The notes below the pieces were generated by a model. It saw only the letters and a program-made list of their open reading frames with translations. It did no database searches and had not been told where the DNA came from. This document shows, piece by piece, positions 43,375 to 53,868 of a stretch of 64,000 nucleotides of DNA. Where the stretch lies: assembly GCA_963844715.1 (NCBI GenBank), contig CAWJPJ010000008.1:64001-128000 (forward strand). The letters are read 5' to 3'. The translations under genes and the position numbers were made by a program. Source of the stretch: an uncultured Phycisphaerales bacterium. Lineage in GTDB: Bacteria > Planctomycetota > Phycisphaerae > Tepidisphaerales > Tepidisphaeraceae. The stretch's first letter is position 1. Every line of letters starts with the position of its first letter.

Positions 43375-44016
43375 TCATTTCTCCCGCACGCCCATCCACA
43401 AAGGCGCCGCCAATACCGACCCCAAAAACGGCGCCGTCAAATAAACCCAAAGACTCGCCAAATGCCCGCTCACAACCGCCGGCGCCAGCGAGCGCGCCGG
43501 ATTCATCGACGCCCCGCAGATCGGCCCGGCAAACAGCGCCTCCAAACCGATCACCCCGCCAATCGCGATCCCCGCCATCGTTCCCGATTCCTTCGAGCCC
43601 GTCGACACGCAAAGAATTACGAACATCAAAATTCCCGTGAGGATCGCCTCCAGCGCAAACGATTGCCAATCCGACCCCGCCGGCGTCGTCGCCCCCAGCC
43701 CCGCAACATTCCCGAACATCCAAAGCAGCGTCAAACTTGCCGCCATAGCCCCGCACAACTGGCTTAAAACGTAAGGCGCGAGCAACCGCGCCTCCAGCCG
43801 CCGCGCCACGGCGAACCCGAGCGAGACCGCCGGATTCAGATGCGCCCCCGACACATCCCCCAGCGCATAAATCATCGCCATCACCACCAGCCCGAACGTC
43901 AGCGCAACCCCCACATGCGAAACCCCGCCCCCGCTGATGTGGTCAATCACAATCGCCCCCGTCCCGCAAAAGACGAGCGCAAACGTCCCCATCGCCTCGG
44001 CCAAAAATCGCCTCAT
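43375..44016 (-). CDS. MIP family channel (arsenic aquaporin-like)
   Basis: Two NPA motifs: SGAHLNPAV, ASMNPARS. Confidence 0.92.
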   Translation of the reverse strand: MRRFLAEAMGTFALVFCGTGAIVIDHISGGGVSHVGVALTFGLVVMAMIYALGDVSGAHLNPAVSLGFAVARRLEARLLAPYVLSQLCGAMAASLTLLWMFGNVAGLGATTPAGSDWQSFALEAILTGILMFVILCVSTGSKESGTMAGIAIGGVIGLEALFAGPICGASMNPARSLAPAVVSGHLASLWVYLTAPFLGSVLAAPLWMGVREK

Positions 44017-44486
44017 CCCTGCCCCTCTCTTTTCTCCGCCTGTTGCCTCTCCAATCCCGCCGGCAACGTTTCCACAAACCCCCGAATCTCATCCCTCACC
44101 CGCCGATAATGCCCCATCGCCTCCTCTTCATTCCGCGCGAACTTCGCCAGCCGCGGCGGATCATCAAACCCCACATGCACTACCTTCGTCTTCCCCGGAA
44201 ACACCGGGCACGCCTCATGCGCGTCATCGCAAACCGTCACCACATAATCAAACGGCACCTCCCTTAATTCATCCACATACTTAGAACGCTGCCCGTCGAT
44301 ATCCACTCCCGCCTCTTTCATCGCCTGAATCGCCAGCCTGTTCACCCCATGCGGCGACACTCCCGCCGAATACGCCTCGATTACGTCCCCCTTCAATTCC
44401 CGCGCCCATCCCTCCGCCATCTGGCTTCGGCACGAATTCCCCGTGCAGAGAAACAGCACGCGCAGTTTCTTCTGATCACCGCCCAC
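44013..44486 (-). CDS. arsC: Thioredoxin-type arsenate reductase
   Basis: LFLCTGNSCRSQMAE, VTVCD...CPVFPG, FDDP. Confidence 0.93.
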   Translation of the reverse strand: MGGDQKKLRVLFLCTGNSCRSQMAEGWARELKGDVIEAYSAGVSPHGVNRLAIQAMKEAGVDIDGQRSKYVDELREVPFDYVVTVCDDAHEACPVFPGKTKVVHVGFDDPPRLAKFARNEEEAMGHYRRVRDEIRGFVETLPAGLERQQAEKREGQG

Positions 44487-44868
44487 AGCATCCCCCGTTT
44501 CCCTTTCCGCGCTTCGAGGAAGGGCAGCAACTTTCCAGGGCGTCCGCCAGCGCTCGCAGCTTCGCCCCCAGCTCGCCGTATTTCACCTTGTAATAGACCG
44601 TCCGTCCCTCCTTCGCAGAGTCCACGATTCCCGCCCGCTCCAGAAGAGCCAGATGCCGCGACACCACCGAAAAATCGACGGAGCAGCATTCCGCCACTTC
44701 GCTCACCGAGCATGCCCGCCCGCACTTGGACAAACACGCCAGCAGGTTCAACCGAGTCGGATCGCACAGCCCCTTGAAAAGCTCCACGTCCAGAAGGTCG
44801 TCGATCGCCCCGCAGCACCCCGCCGCCAGCTTCGGCGTCAAGGGTCTTCGTTTGCTTATTTGCGTCAT
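44476..44868 (-). CDS. arsR: ArsR/SmtB repressor
   Basis: FKGLCDPTRL, SVVSRHL..L..AG.V; four Cys-Cys pairs. Confidence 0.88.
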   Translation of the reverse strand: MTQISKRRPLTPKLAAGCCGAIDDLLDVELFKGLCDPTRLNLLACLSKCGRACSVSEVAECCSVDFSVVSRHLALLERAGIVDSAKEGRTVYYKVKYGELGAKLRALADALESCCPSSKRGKGNGGCCGR

Positions 44869-44903
44869 AATGCAAGTATACACCTCCGGCAGCCGCAAGG
44901 CAA
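44857..44903 (-). promoter_or_regulatory. ars promoter and operator
   Basis: TTGCCT-17 nt-TATACT-6 nt-ATG; imperfect palindrome tacttgcat-tatg-acgcaaata over the start codon. Confidence 0.65.
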
Positions 44904-44933
44904 GCCGCCGTCGAGCCCGCCCCCTCAACGTCT

Positions 44934-45506
44934 TCAGCGCCTGCTGCGGTGAATCATTAAGAAATGCGAAAACTCGGTTTTCCCCCTGCGCATAAACCAG
45001 CGTCATGCTCACATCCGTCTCCCCCCGCCATTCCCAGTACGCCGCATCGGGCGCCGCCGCCGCCGGCGTCCCAGACGCCGGCCCATACCCCTGCGGCGGA
45101 ATATACCCCGGCGAATCCACGCCCCCGGTCACCGCGCTGGTTCCATACTGATTCCCAGGCGATGCGGCTTCGTCCTCATCCGCCATCGGCGGAAAAACCT
45201 CGTCGATATAAGATTCCGGCGCGATCGTCTCGCTCTGCAGCGGATGACTCTGCCCATCCGGATCGACCACCGCGCTTTTTCCGCCCAGCAATTCAATCGG
45301 GTCGCTCGTCGGATTAAAGATATGCATCACCAACCGCCCGTCATCCGCGCAGGTGGTACTGAAGCGGATCCAGCGAAACGCCCGTCCAATCATCCCCGGT
45401 GATTTGCGGACTCGCGACGTGCGGCTGCACCAGATCAAACTGCCAAGTCTGCGCACCCCGTACAGAAAAGAGACAACACCAGAAACAAGAACAATCGCAA
45501 GGTCAT
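44934..45506 (-). CDS. Putative lipoprotein (frameshifted)
   Basis: MTLRLFLFLVLSLFCTGC; core LLGGKSAVVDPDGQSHPL...YWEWRGE. Confidence 0.6.
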
Positions 45507-45556
45507 AAACCCCATGTAACCATGCCCCGACGAGCTTTTCTAGCCTCCAGCTTCTA

Positions 45557-46443
45557 GGGCCTGTCTGATGAATCGCTTTTGGTTATAAATAGCGGTTTTC
45601 AGACGAGGTGTCACGGATGCGACGTTATGAGCTCACGGATGAGCAGTACGAGTTGATCGGCGATCTGCTGCCCGGCAACGGCAAGCGCGGCGGGCAGTGG
45701 AACGACCACCGCACCACGCTCAACGGCATGTTCTGGATTCTGCACTCGGGCGCTCAATGGCGCGAGATGCCCGAACGTTACGGCAGATGGCAAAGCGTCT
45801 ACGACCGCTTCAACCGCTGGAGAAAGGACGGAACGATTGATCGAATCCTCCAGCGGCTGCAGATGAGGTTGGACAAGCAAGGACGAATCGACTGGGACCT
45901 GTGGTGCATCGACGGCACCAATGTGCGAGCCAGTCGATCCGCCGCCGGAGCCAGAAAATCAAAACCGCCCCGGAAGAACCGGCGGATCACGCGTTGGGCC
46001 GCAGCCGAGGCGGGTGGGGCAGCAAGCTCCACCTGGTTACTGACGGCCAGGGAGTTCCGCTCGCCGTCGAGGCCAGCGCCGGCCAATGCCACGAGAGCCG
46101 GTACGTGGAGCCGGTGATGAACGCGATGCGCATCGGTCGCCGCCGTCGTCGCCCCAGGAGGCTGGCGGGCGACAAGGGATACAGTTACGGAAATGTGCGG
46201 CGATGGCTGCGTCGCCACCGAATCCAAGCGGTGATCCCGGCGAAATCGAATCAGCCGCCGCAGGAGAACTTTGATCGCAAGGCGTATCGCCGACGGAACG
46301 TGGTGGAGCGTTGCGTGAATTGGATGAAGGAGAATCGCCGCCTGGGCACGCGTTACGAGAAACTGGCGGTGAACTTTCAGGCCATGGCCAAGCTCGCCAT
46401 GATCCGTCGCTATTTCAGGATTTTGGATTCATCAGACAGGCCC
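45557..46443 (+). mobile_element. IS5-family (IS427-like) insertion sequence
   Basis: 18-bp perfect IRs GGGCCTGTCTGATGAATC; TA on both sides within CTAG. Confidence 0.93.
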
Positions 46444-46446
46444 TAG
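45617..46446 (+). CDS. IS5 transposase in two frames (-1 shift near 45960)
   Basis: MRRYELTDEQY, GAQWREMPERYG, IDGT, GRSRGG, GDKGY, YRRRNVVER; stop TAG uses the target TA. Confidence 0.92.
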
Positions 46447-46462
46447 AATCTAGCCTCTAGTC

Positions 46463-47148
46463 ATGAGCAGACATCGCGGCTTTTTCTTCCTGATGGGCAC
46501 GCGCCGCATGATCTCCAACGACGGCGCGCCCGCCGAGGCCGTCTGTCCCAATTGCCACCAGCGCGTCCTATTTCAGCCCAAGAGCGCGCGGAACTGGTTC
46601 ACTTTCTTTCTGATCCCGCTTTTCCCCGTCAGCGGAAAGACCAGCATCAGCCAATGCGGCAACTGCCGGATGCAATATCGCCTCACCCCCCAGGAATTGA
46701 ACACGCGCGTCGCCGCCTCCCAGCAGCAGCACATGCAGCAGGCGATCCAGATGTACAACAGCCTGCGAACCAGCCCCGCCAATTCGGTGACGCTGAATAA
46801 TCTGATGCTGCTTTACCTCGAGTTGCGCGAGCTGGACCAGGCCGTTTCCGCCGCCAACGAATTTCCCCAGGCCCTCAACGCCAGCGAGCAGTGCATGACC
46901 ACGCTCGGCCGCGTGCTCATGGAGCGAGGCCAGCACGCCGAGGCCATCAAATGGTTCGACGCCGCCCTGGCCCGCAACCCCATGCTCGGCGAGGCCTCCT
47001 ATTGCAAAGCCGTCGCCCTGATGAATTTGAAACCCCCGGACCTCGAAGCCGCCAAAGCCGCCGCCCGCGCCGCGGGGTGCCAACGTCCCCGGCGCCGACG
47101 TCCTTCTCCGCAACATCGAAGGCCTGCGCCGCGACAGGTCAATCCTGA
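46463..47148 (+). CDS. Zinc-ribbon plus TPR protein (3' indel)
   Basis: CPNC...WFTFFLIPLFP...CGNC, then TPR-like helices. Confidence 0.75.
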
Positions 47149-48445
47149 GTCGCCGCATGAAAAGCATGCGACCGCCGCGTCGACGGCGCCGTGCTAGGCT
47201 TATATGCTGCCGCCCCCTCAAGCCCAACTCCCGTCACATTGTTAATAAAAACCCTCGCCCCCATGACCTGAACGTCGCGCAGCTCAACATTCCGCATATT
47301 CGATAAATAAATCCCCTTGCGGCATCGCCCCGTGATGTCCAGCAGAAACAATCCATCCAACGGCTTCACCGCCGAAATGTTAGACGCCTCCACCAGCGTA
47401 TCGCAATCCACCCGCGCGTCTGAGATGCCGATATTCCCCGCCTGCGGAATCCCCGCCTCCCCCGGCACCGGCTCCGAATCCGCGATCCCCTTCATCACCA
47501 GGTCGATCCGCAAAAACGCCTTCGCCTTCGCGTCGATATCCTCAAACCAGACGTTTTGGATAGTTCCGCCCCGTCCATTGCGGCTCTTAATGAATATCGC
47601 ATTCGTCCCCTTGCTGAACTGGCAATGTTCCACCAGCACATCGCGGATACCGCCGGACATTTCCGTCCCGATCCCGATCCCGGCAAACGACTTGCTCCCC
47701 AACTTGCACCCGCTGATCAAAACATCCTCCGTCGGCGCGCCGTCCCGGACCGCCGCCAGTCCGCGCCGGACTTCAGACTGATCGCATCGTCCCCCGAATC
47801 GATATCGCATTTCTCGATCGACACATTCTTGCACGAATCAACGTCGATCCCATCCCCATTGGCCAGATTGCTCCGAATCGTCAGATTACGAATCGAAACA
47901 TCCCGGCAAAAGGCCGGATGAATCGACCAGTCCCGCTGAAACGTCGTAAAAAACCCGTCGAGAACGACGTCATCGCACCTCATCAACTCCACCAGCAACG
48001 GCCCCCGCGGATTCCGCAGCGGCCCCAGCGCATCGCATCCAACGATCCGGCCAGGGCCGTATACTCGAATGTGATCCGCATGATCCGCCCAAAGCAGGGC
48101 CCGCCGTCCCTGCATCCACCGCCCCTCATTCCGCACGGTCACAATCGGATAATCGTCCGCATTACAGCTCCCCCAAAGCACGGCGTCCGCCTCGAGCCGC
48201 AGCGTCGTATTCGCCCCAATCCGCAGGCTTCCGATACGATAATTGCCCGCCGGCACGTCAACCTGCCCCCCGCGCTCGGCGCATCGATCCAAAGCCGCTT
48301 GAATCGCAGCCGTATCCAGACTCGCGCCATCCCCAATCGCCCCCAATTGCCGCACATTCCAGTCCCCCGGCCCCGATGCGCACCCGCCCAGCAAAAGCAA
48401 AATCCCCCAGCCAAGGATCGCCGTCGCGGCAAGGCGGCATTTCAT
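47139..48445 (-). CDS. GH28 polygalacturonase-like lipoprotein (frameshift near 47760)
   Basis: GAIGDG..LDT.AIQ.A, NGDGID, GDDAISLKSG, IGTEMSGG, IKS. Confidence 0.88.
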
Positions 48446-48610
48446 CGCGCCGAAATTATCCGGCCCCGCGCCGGTGCGATCAATGACGATAAATGACATC
48501 GTATTTCTTTCGTTTTCTGCTAAGTTAACCGCCGCCCAGGCGGGGCGTTAGCGGCGGCTCGCCGCTTTTCCACCGGCGACAGCGGAGGTCCAAAGAACCG
48601 GAGTTTGTTC

Positions 48611-50590
48611 ATGCATTGGATCGATTGGGCCATCACCCTCTCGTCGGTCATCCTCGTCTTCGGCTGCGCCCTCTACACCAAGCGCTATAACCGCAGCGTC
48701 GCCGACTTCATGGCCGGGGGCCGCGCCGCCGGTCGATATCTCATCTGCAACGCCAAAGGCGAAGCCTCCTCCGGCGTCGCCAATACCATTTCCAAGTTTC
48801 AAACCTATTCCACGGCCGGTTTCGTCACGAGCTGGTGGGACGCCCTCGGCCTCCCCATGCTCATGATCGCATCCCTTTTCGGATTCATTGTCTATCGCTA
48901 CCGCCAGACCCGCGCCATGACCGTCGGGCAGTTTTTCGAGATGCGCTACTCCCGCAATTTCCGCAAATTCACCGGCATTCTTGGTTTTATCGCCGGAATC
49001 CTCAACTACGGCATCTTCCCCGCCGTCGCTTCCAACTTCTTCGTCTATTTCCTGGGCCTCCCCCCCGTCACCCATTGGGGCCCGCTGCATATTCACACCA
49101 ACGACATCGTTATGGCCATCTACCTCAGCTCCTGCCTATGGATGATGCTCGTCGGCGGACAAATCACCCTCCTGGTCATCAACTGCATCGACGGAATCCT
49201 TTCCCATCTCATTTACGTCATCATGATCTGGGCCATTCTCTACGCCGTCGGCTGGGGCGAGATCAAACACCTCATGTTCCAGCAGTCTCCCGGCCATTCC
49301 ATGGTCAATCCCTTTGACGCCTTCAAGGTCAAAAACTTCAACTTCTGGTACGTCATGATCTACTGGATCATGTACATCTATCAGACCAATTCCGTGCAAA
49401 AGGACAACGGCTATTCCGCCGCCGCCCGAAACCCGCACGAAGCCATGATGGGCGGCGTCCTGGGCAACTGGCGCATGATGGCCCGCTCCGTCATGCTCGT
49501 TGTCGTCTCGCTGGGCGCGCTGGCATACACCATGCAACCCCACTACACCGGCTTCCAACTCGTCAAATCCGCTCCCCTTCAGATACAAGACCAATTGCGA
49601 ATCCCCGTCGCGCTACGCTTCCTGCTTCCCGTCGGAGTAAAAGGGCTGTTCCTCACCATCATGGTCCTGGGCATGACCGACGGCGACTCCGCCCACATCC
49701 TCACCTGGGGCGGCATCTTCATTCAGGACGTCGTCCTCCCATTCCGCGGCCGCCCGCTCGAGCCCGAGCAGCACGTCCGCGTCCTCCGCTGGAGTGTGAC
49801 GGGAGTCGCCGCCTTCGCCCTGGTCTTCAGCCACTTTTTCACGCAGACTCAGTACATCGCCAACTGGTGGGCCATCACCGAGGCGATCTTCGTCAGCGGG
49901 GCGGGAATCTCGATCATCGGCGGCCTCTACTGGAGCCGCGGCACCGGCACCGGCGCCTGGCTGGCGGTGATCGTCGGTGCAACGGTCGCCGCGTTTGGAA
50001 TTCTCGCGCCCTATCGCTGGCCGAATTTCCCGTTTAACGGGACGGAAATGAAAGGGATCGCCGCCGTCGCGGCAATTCTGGTCTATGTTTCCATGTCGCT
50101 GGTGACCAGCCGCGAGCGGCACGATATGGATCGCCTTCTAAATCGCGGCAAGTGGGCGGTCGCCGACGACAAGATCGCCGTCGCCGCCAAGCCCGCCGCC
50201 AAGCCCCGGAACAGGCTCCAAAAAATCATGGGCATCAACGACAACTTCACTTTCACCGACAAGCTGGTCACGGGCGGCCTGTTTGTCTGGTCCATGCTCT
50301 CCATGGCAATTGTCGTCGTCGGGACAGTCTGGAACCTGGCCTTCAAGGGATGGTCCAACGAGACTTGGGCAACCTATTGGTTCGTCATGGGCTTGGTCAT
50401 CCCCATGATCATCGCCGGGATCACTCTGGTCTGGTTTGGCATCGGTGGGGCCATGGACCTGAACAAGTTCTTCCGCCGGCTGGCAACCATGAAACGGGAC
50501 GAAACCGATGACGGAACGGTCAATGAACATGCCCAATCCCCAGAGCACGCTCTCCCCGTCATGCCCGCCGGAGAGGAGACCCGCCGATAA
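48611..50590 (+). CDS. Sodium:solute symporter
   Basis: SVADFMAGGR.AGRY, YRYRQTRAMTVGQFFEMRYS, many TM segments. Confidence 0.88.
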   Translation: MHWIDWAITLSSVILVFGCALYTKRYNRSVADFMAGGRAAGRYLICNAKGEASSGVANTISKFQTYSTAGFVTSWWDALGLPMLMIASLFGFIVYRYRQTRAMTVGQFFEMRYSRNFRKFTGILGFIAGILNYGIFPAVASNFFVYFLGLPPVTHWGPLHIHTNDIVMAIYLSSCLWMMLVGGQITLLVINCIDGILSHLIYVIMIWAILYAVGWGEIKHLMFQQSPGHSMVNPFDAFKVKNFNFWYVMIYWIMYIYQTNSVQKDNGYSAAARNPHEAMMGGVLGNWRMMARSVMLVVVSLGALAYTMQPHYTGFQLVKSAPLQIQDQLRIPVALRFLLPVGVKGLFLTIMVLGMTDGDSAHILTWGGIFIQDVVLPFRGRPLEPEQHVRVLRWSVTGVAAFALVFSHFFTQTQYIANWWAITEAIFVSGAGISIIGGLYWSRGTGTGAWLAVIVGATVAAFGILAPYRWPNFPFNGTEMKGIAAVAAILVYVSMSLVTSRERHDMDRLLNRGKWAVADDKIAVAAKPAAKPRNRLQKIMGINDNFTFTDKLVTGGLFVWSMLSMAIVVVGTVWNLAFKGWSNETWATYWFVMGLVIPMIIAGITLVWFGIGGAMDLNKFFRRLATMKRDETDDGTVNEHAQSPEHALPVMPAGEETRR

Positions 50591-51012
50591 TATCGGCTAT
50601 AAGATGCTGAAAATTATTGAGTTATATGCGTAACGCCGCAAAAAATGGCCAAAAATGCCCCGAAAACGCCTATGGGGAACGAAAATAGTTGTTGAAGCTA
50701 ATCGCTTGGCAAGCTATTCTGGCGGGCCTGTCGGCGGAGTGAGAAGTTGCCACGATAAATGTGAACGGCCTACTAAGTCGCTGCAAAATTTCAGAGAAAT
50801 TTGATCGTCGTATCGCCCAACGTAATGATTGTTGAAGAGTGCGGACGCGGACCCAGGCATGGAGGTTGGCTTGGGTGATTTGGGACCGCAGTGTGCGTTC
50901 CTGCCGTGTGTAAATCCCACTGAAAACGCCGAACGATTCCGAGTAACGGTCTGGCGGTTGTTTCCAAGAGCGAGCATTCAACGGGTTTTTTGCCCACTAT
51001 GACGGAGGTTTT

Positions 51013-52305
51013 ATGAAGCGATCAAGAGGTTTTACCCTCGTGGAATTGCTGGTGGTGATCGGCATCATCGCAATTCTGATTTCCATTTTGCTCCCATCGT
51101 TGACCAAAGCCCAACGCATGGCCAAGATGGCCCGCTGGGGTGAATTCAGCGCGTCGTTCCGATCCCAGACGAATCTGATCGGCTATTACAACTTCCTCAA
51201 CGACGTGGGTAATGCGATTGTCAGGAACCAGGCCATCGTCTGCGACGACCAGCGCATGACTCCAAGTGCGCTCGATATGCATTTGGGCGATGCTTCTCAG
51301 TCCCCTGCGCCCGAGCACGGCGGTACGTACACCCCCGTTAACCCTCTTTACGTTCCGGGGTACGGCGGACCGTTGTTCGCCACGCTGAGTGACATCTGGG
51401 GTATGGACGGGCGCTTCCCTGGGAAGGGTGCCATCACCAACAGCCCTTACGGTGCAACACCCACGGGCCCATATTACGTCGGCAACGTCTTCGGCAGCGG
51501 CATGCAGCAGCTTGCGCGTTTGCTTAACAACACCGATAGCGGTTCGACGGATCAGGAGCTGACGGTCGCCGCTTGGATTAACTCGCCTCCTCTGGGTCTT
51601 GAGCCGGGCATTGCGGCCACTGGAGGCACGGACGGCATTTACATCTTCAACTGGCGCGTGGCGTTCACTGGAACGGCGACCGGACCGAACGTTGCCGACG
51701 TCATCCGGTTCTACTGCGACAAGACTCAAAACATGAGTTTTAAGATCGGCAATTATCAAGCGGCTTCTTATGACATAGTGCACGATCCGCAGCACCTGGC
51801 GACCGGATCATGGGACTTCTGGGTGGGCACATTCCGTTATCAGCCCAACGTGTGGCCCAACAGCAAGTGGAACCAGATTACCCGCCTCTATCGGAATAAC
51901 ACCCTCTGCGCAAGTGGTCCCTTTGTTCAGGCGGACGGTAATTATCCGGATACAACTACCCCCGGCAGTAACCCCGGTGGTGCTTCCACGCCGCTGGCTG
52001 GGTTCTCCACTTTCGTCGAGTCGACCGATCCCCCCTCGACCGTCGGCGATGGTACTAATGCGGGTGAATCCGGCACCAATGGTTTGAAGAACGACATGGA
52101 CATTATGTGGAGCAAAGACCACGGCGTGAACAATTACGCCTTCTGGGGCCAGTATGATGAAGTTGCCATCTTCGATAAAGATCTCAGCGACGACCACAAG
52201 CCCACGACGCAGTGGCCGTCTACCCAGCAATGCCCCAATGACGCCGTTACGGAAGATCCGTCCGGCAGCACCCTCTCGCAGATGTATCTCTCCGGGACGC
52301 CGTAA
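51013..52305 (+). CDS. Prepilin-type N-methylation protein with LamG-like domain
   Basis: RGFTLVELLVVIGIIAILISILLP; LTVAAWI, W.F.VGTF, GQYDEVAIFDKDL. Confidence 0.85.
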   Translation: MKRSRGFTLVELLVVIGIIAILISILLPSLTKAQRMAKMARWGEFSASFRSQTNLIGYYNFLNDVGNAIVRNQAIVCDDQRMTPSALDMHLGDASQSPAPEHGGTYTPVNPLYVPGYGGPLFATLSDIWGMDGRFPGKGAITNSPYGATPTGPYYVGNVFGSGMQQLARLLNNTDSGSTDQELTVAAWINSPPLGLEPGIAATGGTDGIYIFNWRVAFTGTATGPNVADVIRFYCDKTQNMSFKIGNYQAASYDIVHDPQHLATGSWDFWVGTFRYQPNVWPNSKWNQITRLYRNNTLCASGPFVQADGNYPDTTTPGSNPGGASTPLAGFSTFVESTDPPSTVGDGTNAGESGTNGLKNDMDIMWSKDHGVNNYAFWGQYDEVAIFDKDLSDDHKPTTQWPSTQQCPNDAVTEDPSGSTLSQMYLSGTP

Positions 52306-52344
52306 CTTCGGCATTGGGAATTGCCCCTTCGCATAAGAAATCAG

Positions 52345-52382
52345 GCGGAGCGTTCCTCATCGAACGCTCCGCTTTCCTTTTT
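52345..52382 (+). terminator. Rho-independent terminator
   Basis: gcggagcgttc-ctcatc-gaacgctccgc followed by T-rich tract. Confidence 0.75.
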
Positions 52383-52423
52383 CCACTATTGACCCGCCGC
52401 CCTTTTTTTGCATTCTTTCAGTC

Positions 52424-53746
52424 ATGAACTCCGAACCCATCAAACGCGAAAATCTCTTCAAAACCGTCGAAAAAACGCTCTTCGCCCAGCCCGTGCTGGA
52501 CATGCATACCCATCTCTACCCTCCCACCTTCGGCACCCCCGACCCCAACGCCAGCGGGCGTCCCGATCCGGCGGGCCTCTTGCTCTGGGGCATCGACGAA
52601 TTGGTGACTTATCACTATCTCGTCGCCGAGGTTTACCGCGTCGTTCCCGCCACCAAGCTTCCCTATGAGCAGTTCTGGAAGATGAGCAAGCAGCAGCAGG
52701 CGGACCACATCTGGAAGAATCTCTTCGTCGAGCGTTCCCCCATCAGCGAAGCCTGCCGCGGCGTGCTCACCACGCTCCAGCGCCTCGGCCTCGACCCCAA
52801 CGAGAAATCCCTCGACGCCTATCGCCCATTTTTCACCCGGCAGGACCCCGGCAAATACATCGACCGCGTCATGGAACTGGCCAACGTCTCCTCCATCACC
52901 ATGACCAATCCCGTCTTCGACGACAACGAGCGCAAGCGCTGGCTCGCCGATCCCGGCATCGGCGACGACCCGCGCTTCAAGGCCGTGCTGCGAATCGATC
53001 CCCTCCTCCGCGCCTGGCCCACCGCCGCCAAAAAACTCTCGGAGTGGGGATACCCCGTCAGCGAGGAAATTTCCGCCGCCACGATCGACCAGACTCGCCA
53101 ATTCCTTCGCGACTGGATCGACCGCCAGCAGGCGATCTATCTCGCCGTGAGTTTGCCGCCGGAGTTCCGCTATCCCGCCGCCGCCGACGATGCGCTCGGC
53201 CGCGCCGGCCAGGCGATGCTCGAAAAAGCGATTCTCCCCGTCTGCGCCGAACGCGGAATCCCCTTCGCCATGATGATCGGCTCGAAACTGCGCGTGAATC
53301 CCGCCCTCGGCGACGCCGGCGACATGGTCGGGAAGTCCGACGTCGCTTCGGTCGTCAATCTCTGCCGCGAATTCCCCAAGAACAAATTCTTCGTCACCAT
53401 GCTCGCCCGCGAAAATCAGCACGAGCTATGCGTCGCCGCCCGAAAATTCGGCAACCTGATGGTCTTCGGCTGCTGGTGGTTCCTCAACAATCCCAGCCTG
53501 ATCGAGGAGATGGAGCGCATGCGCATCGAACTGCTCGGCACCAGCTTCATCCCCCAGCACTCCGACGCCCGCGTGCTCGACCAGCTCGTATACAAATGGG
53601 ATCACAGCCGCCGAATACTCGCCAAGGTGCTGGCCGACAAATACGCCGAAACCCTCGACACCGGCCGGCGCGTTTACGAGTCCGACATCACCCGCGACGT
53701 CCGCCTCATGTTCCGCGACAATTTCCTGGAATTCGTCTCGCGATAG
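52424..53746 (+). CDS. uxaC: Uronate (glucuronate) isomerase, BH0493-like
   Basis: DMHTHL, GIDELVTYHYL, GCWWFLNNP, QHSDARVLDQL. Confidence 0.9.
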   Translation: MNSEPIKRENLFKTVEKTLFAQPVLDMHTHLYPPTFGTPDPNASGRPDPAGLLLWGIDELVTYHYLVAEVYRVVPATKLPYEQFWKMSKQQQADHIWKNLFVERSPISEACRGVLTTLQRLGLDPNEKSLDAYRPFFTRQDPGKYIDRVMELANVSSITMTNPVFDDNERKRWLADPGIGDDPRFKAVLRIDPLLRAWPTAAKKLSEWGYPVSEEISAATIDQTRQFLRDWIDRQQAIYLAVSLPPEFRYPAAADDALGRAGQAMLEKAILPVCAERGIPFAMMIGSKLRVNPALGDAGDMVGKSDVASVVNLCREFPKNKFFVTMLARENQHELCVAARKFGNLMVFGCWWFLNNPSLIEEMERMRIELLGTSFIPQHSDARVLDQLVYKWDHSRRILAKVLADKYAETLDTGRRVYESDITRDVRLMFRDNFLEFVSR

Positions 53747-53787
53747 GCCGGAACTCGGCGCCTGATTTTAAATCCGCGCGCCGCATT

Positions 53788-53864
53788 CCGCCTCCTCCGG
53801 TACTCCGGGGGAGCACGCCCTGTCCGCTTCCTTTTGTTTCGGCACGACGGGTGGGGCCGGTCCG
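53788..53864. repeat. REP-like element with internal insert, copy 1
   Basis: Aligns with 59185-59264. Confidence 0.7.
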
Positions 53865-53868
53865 CGAC

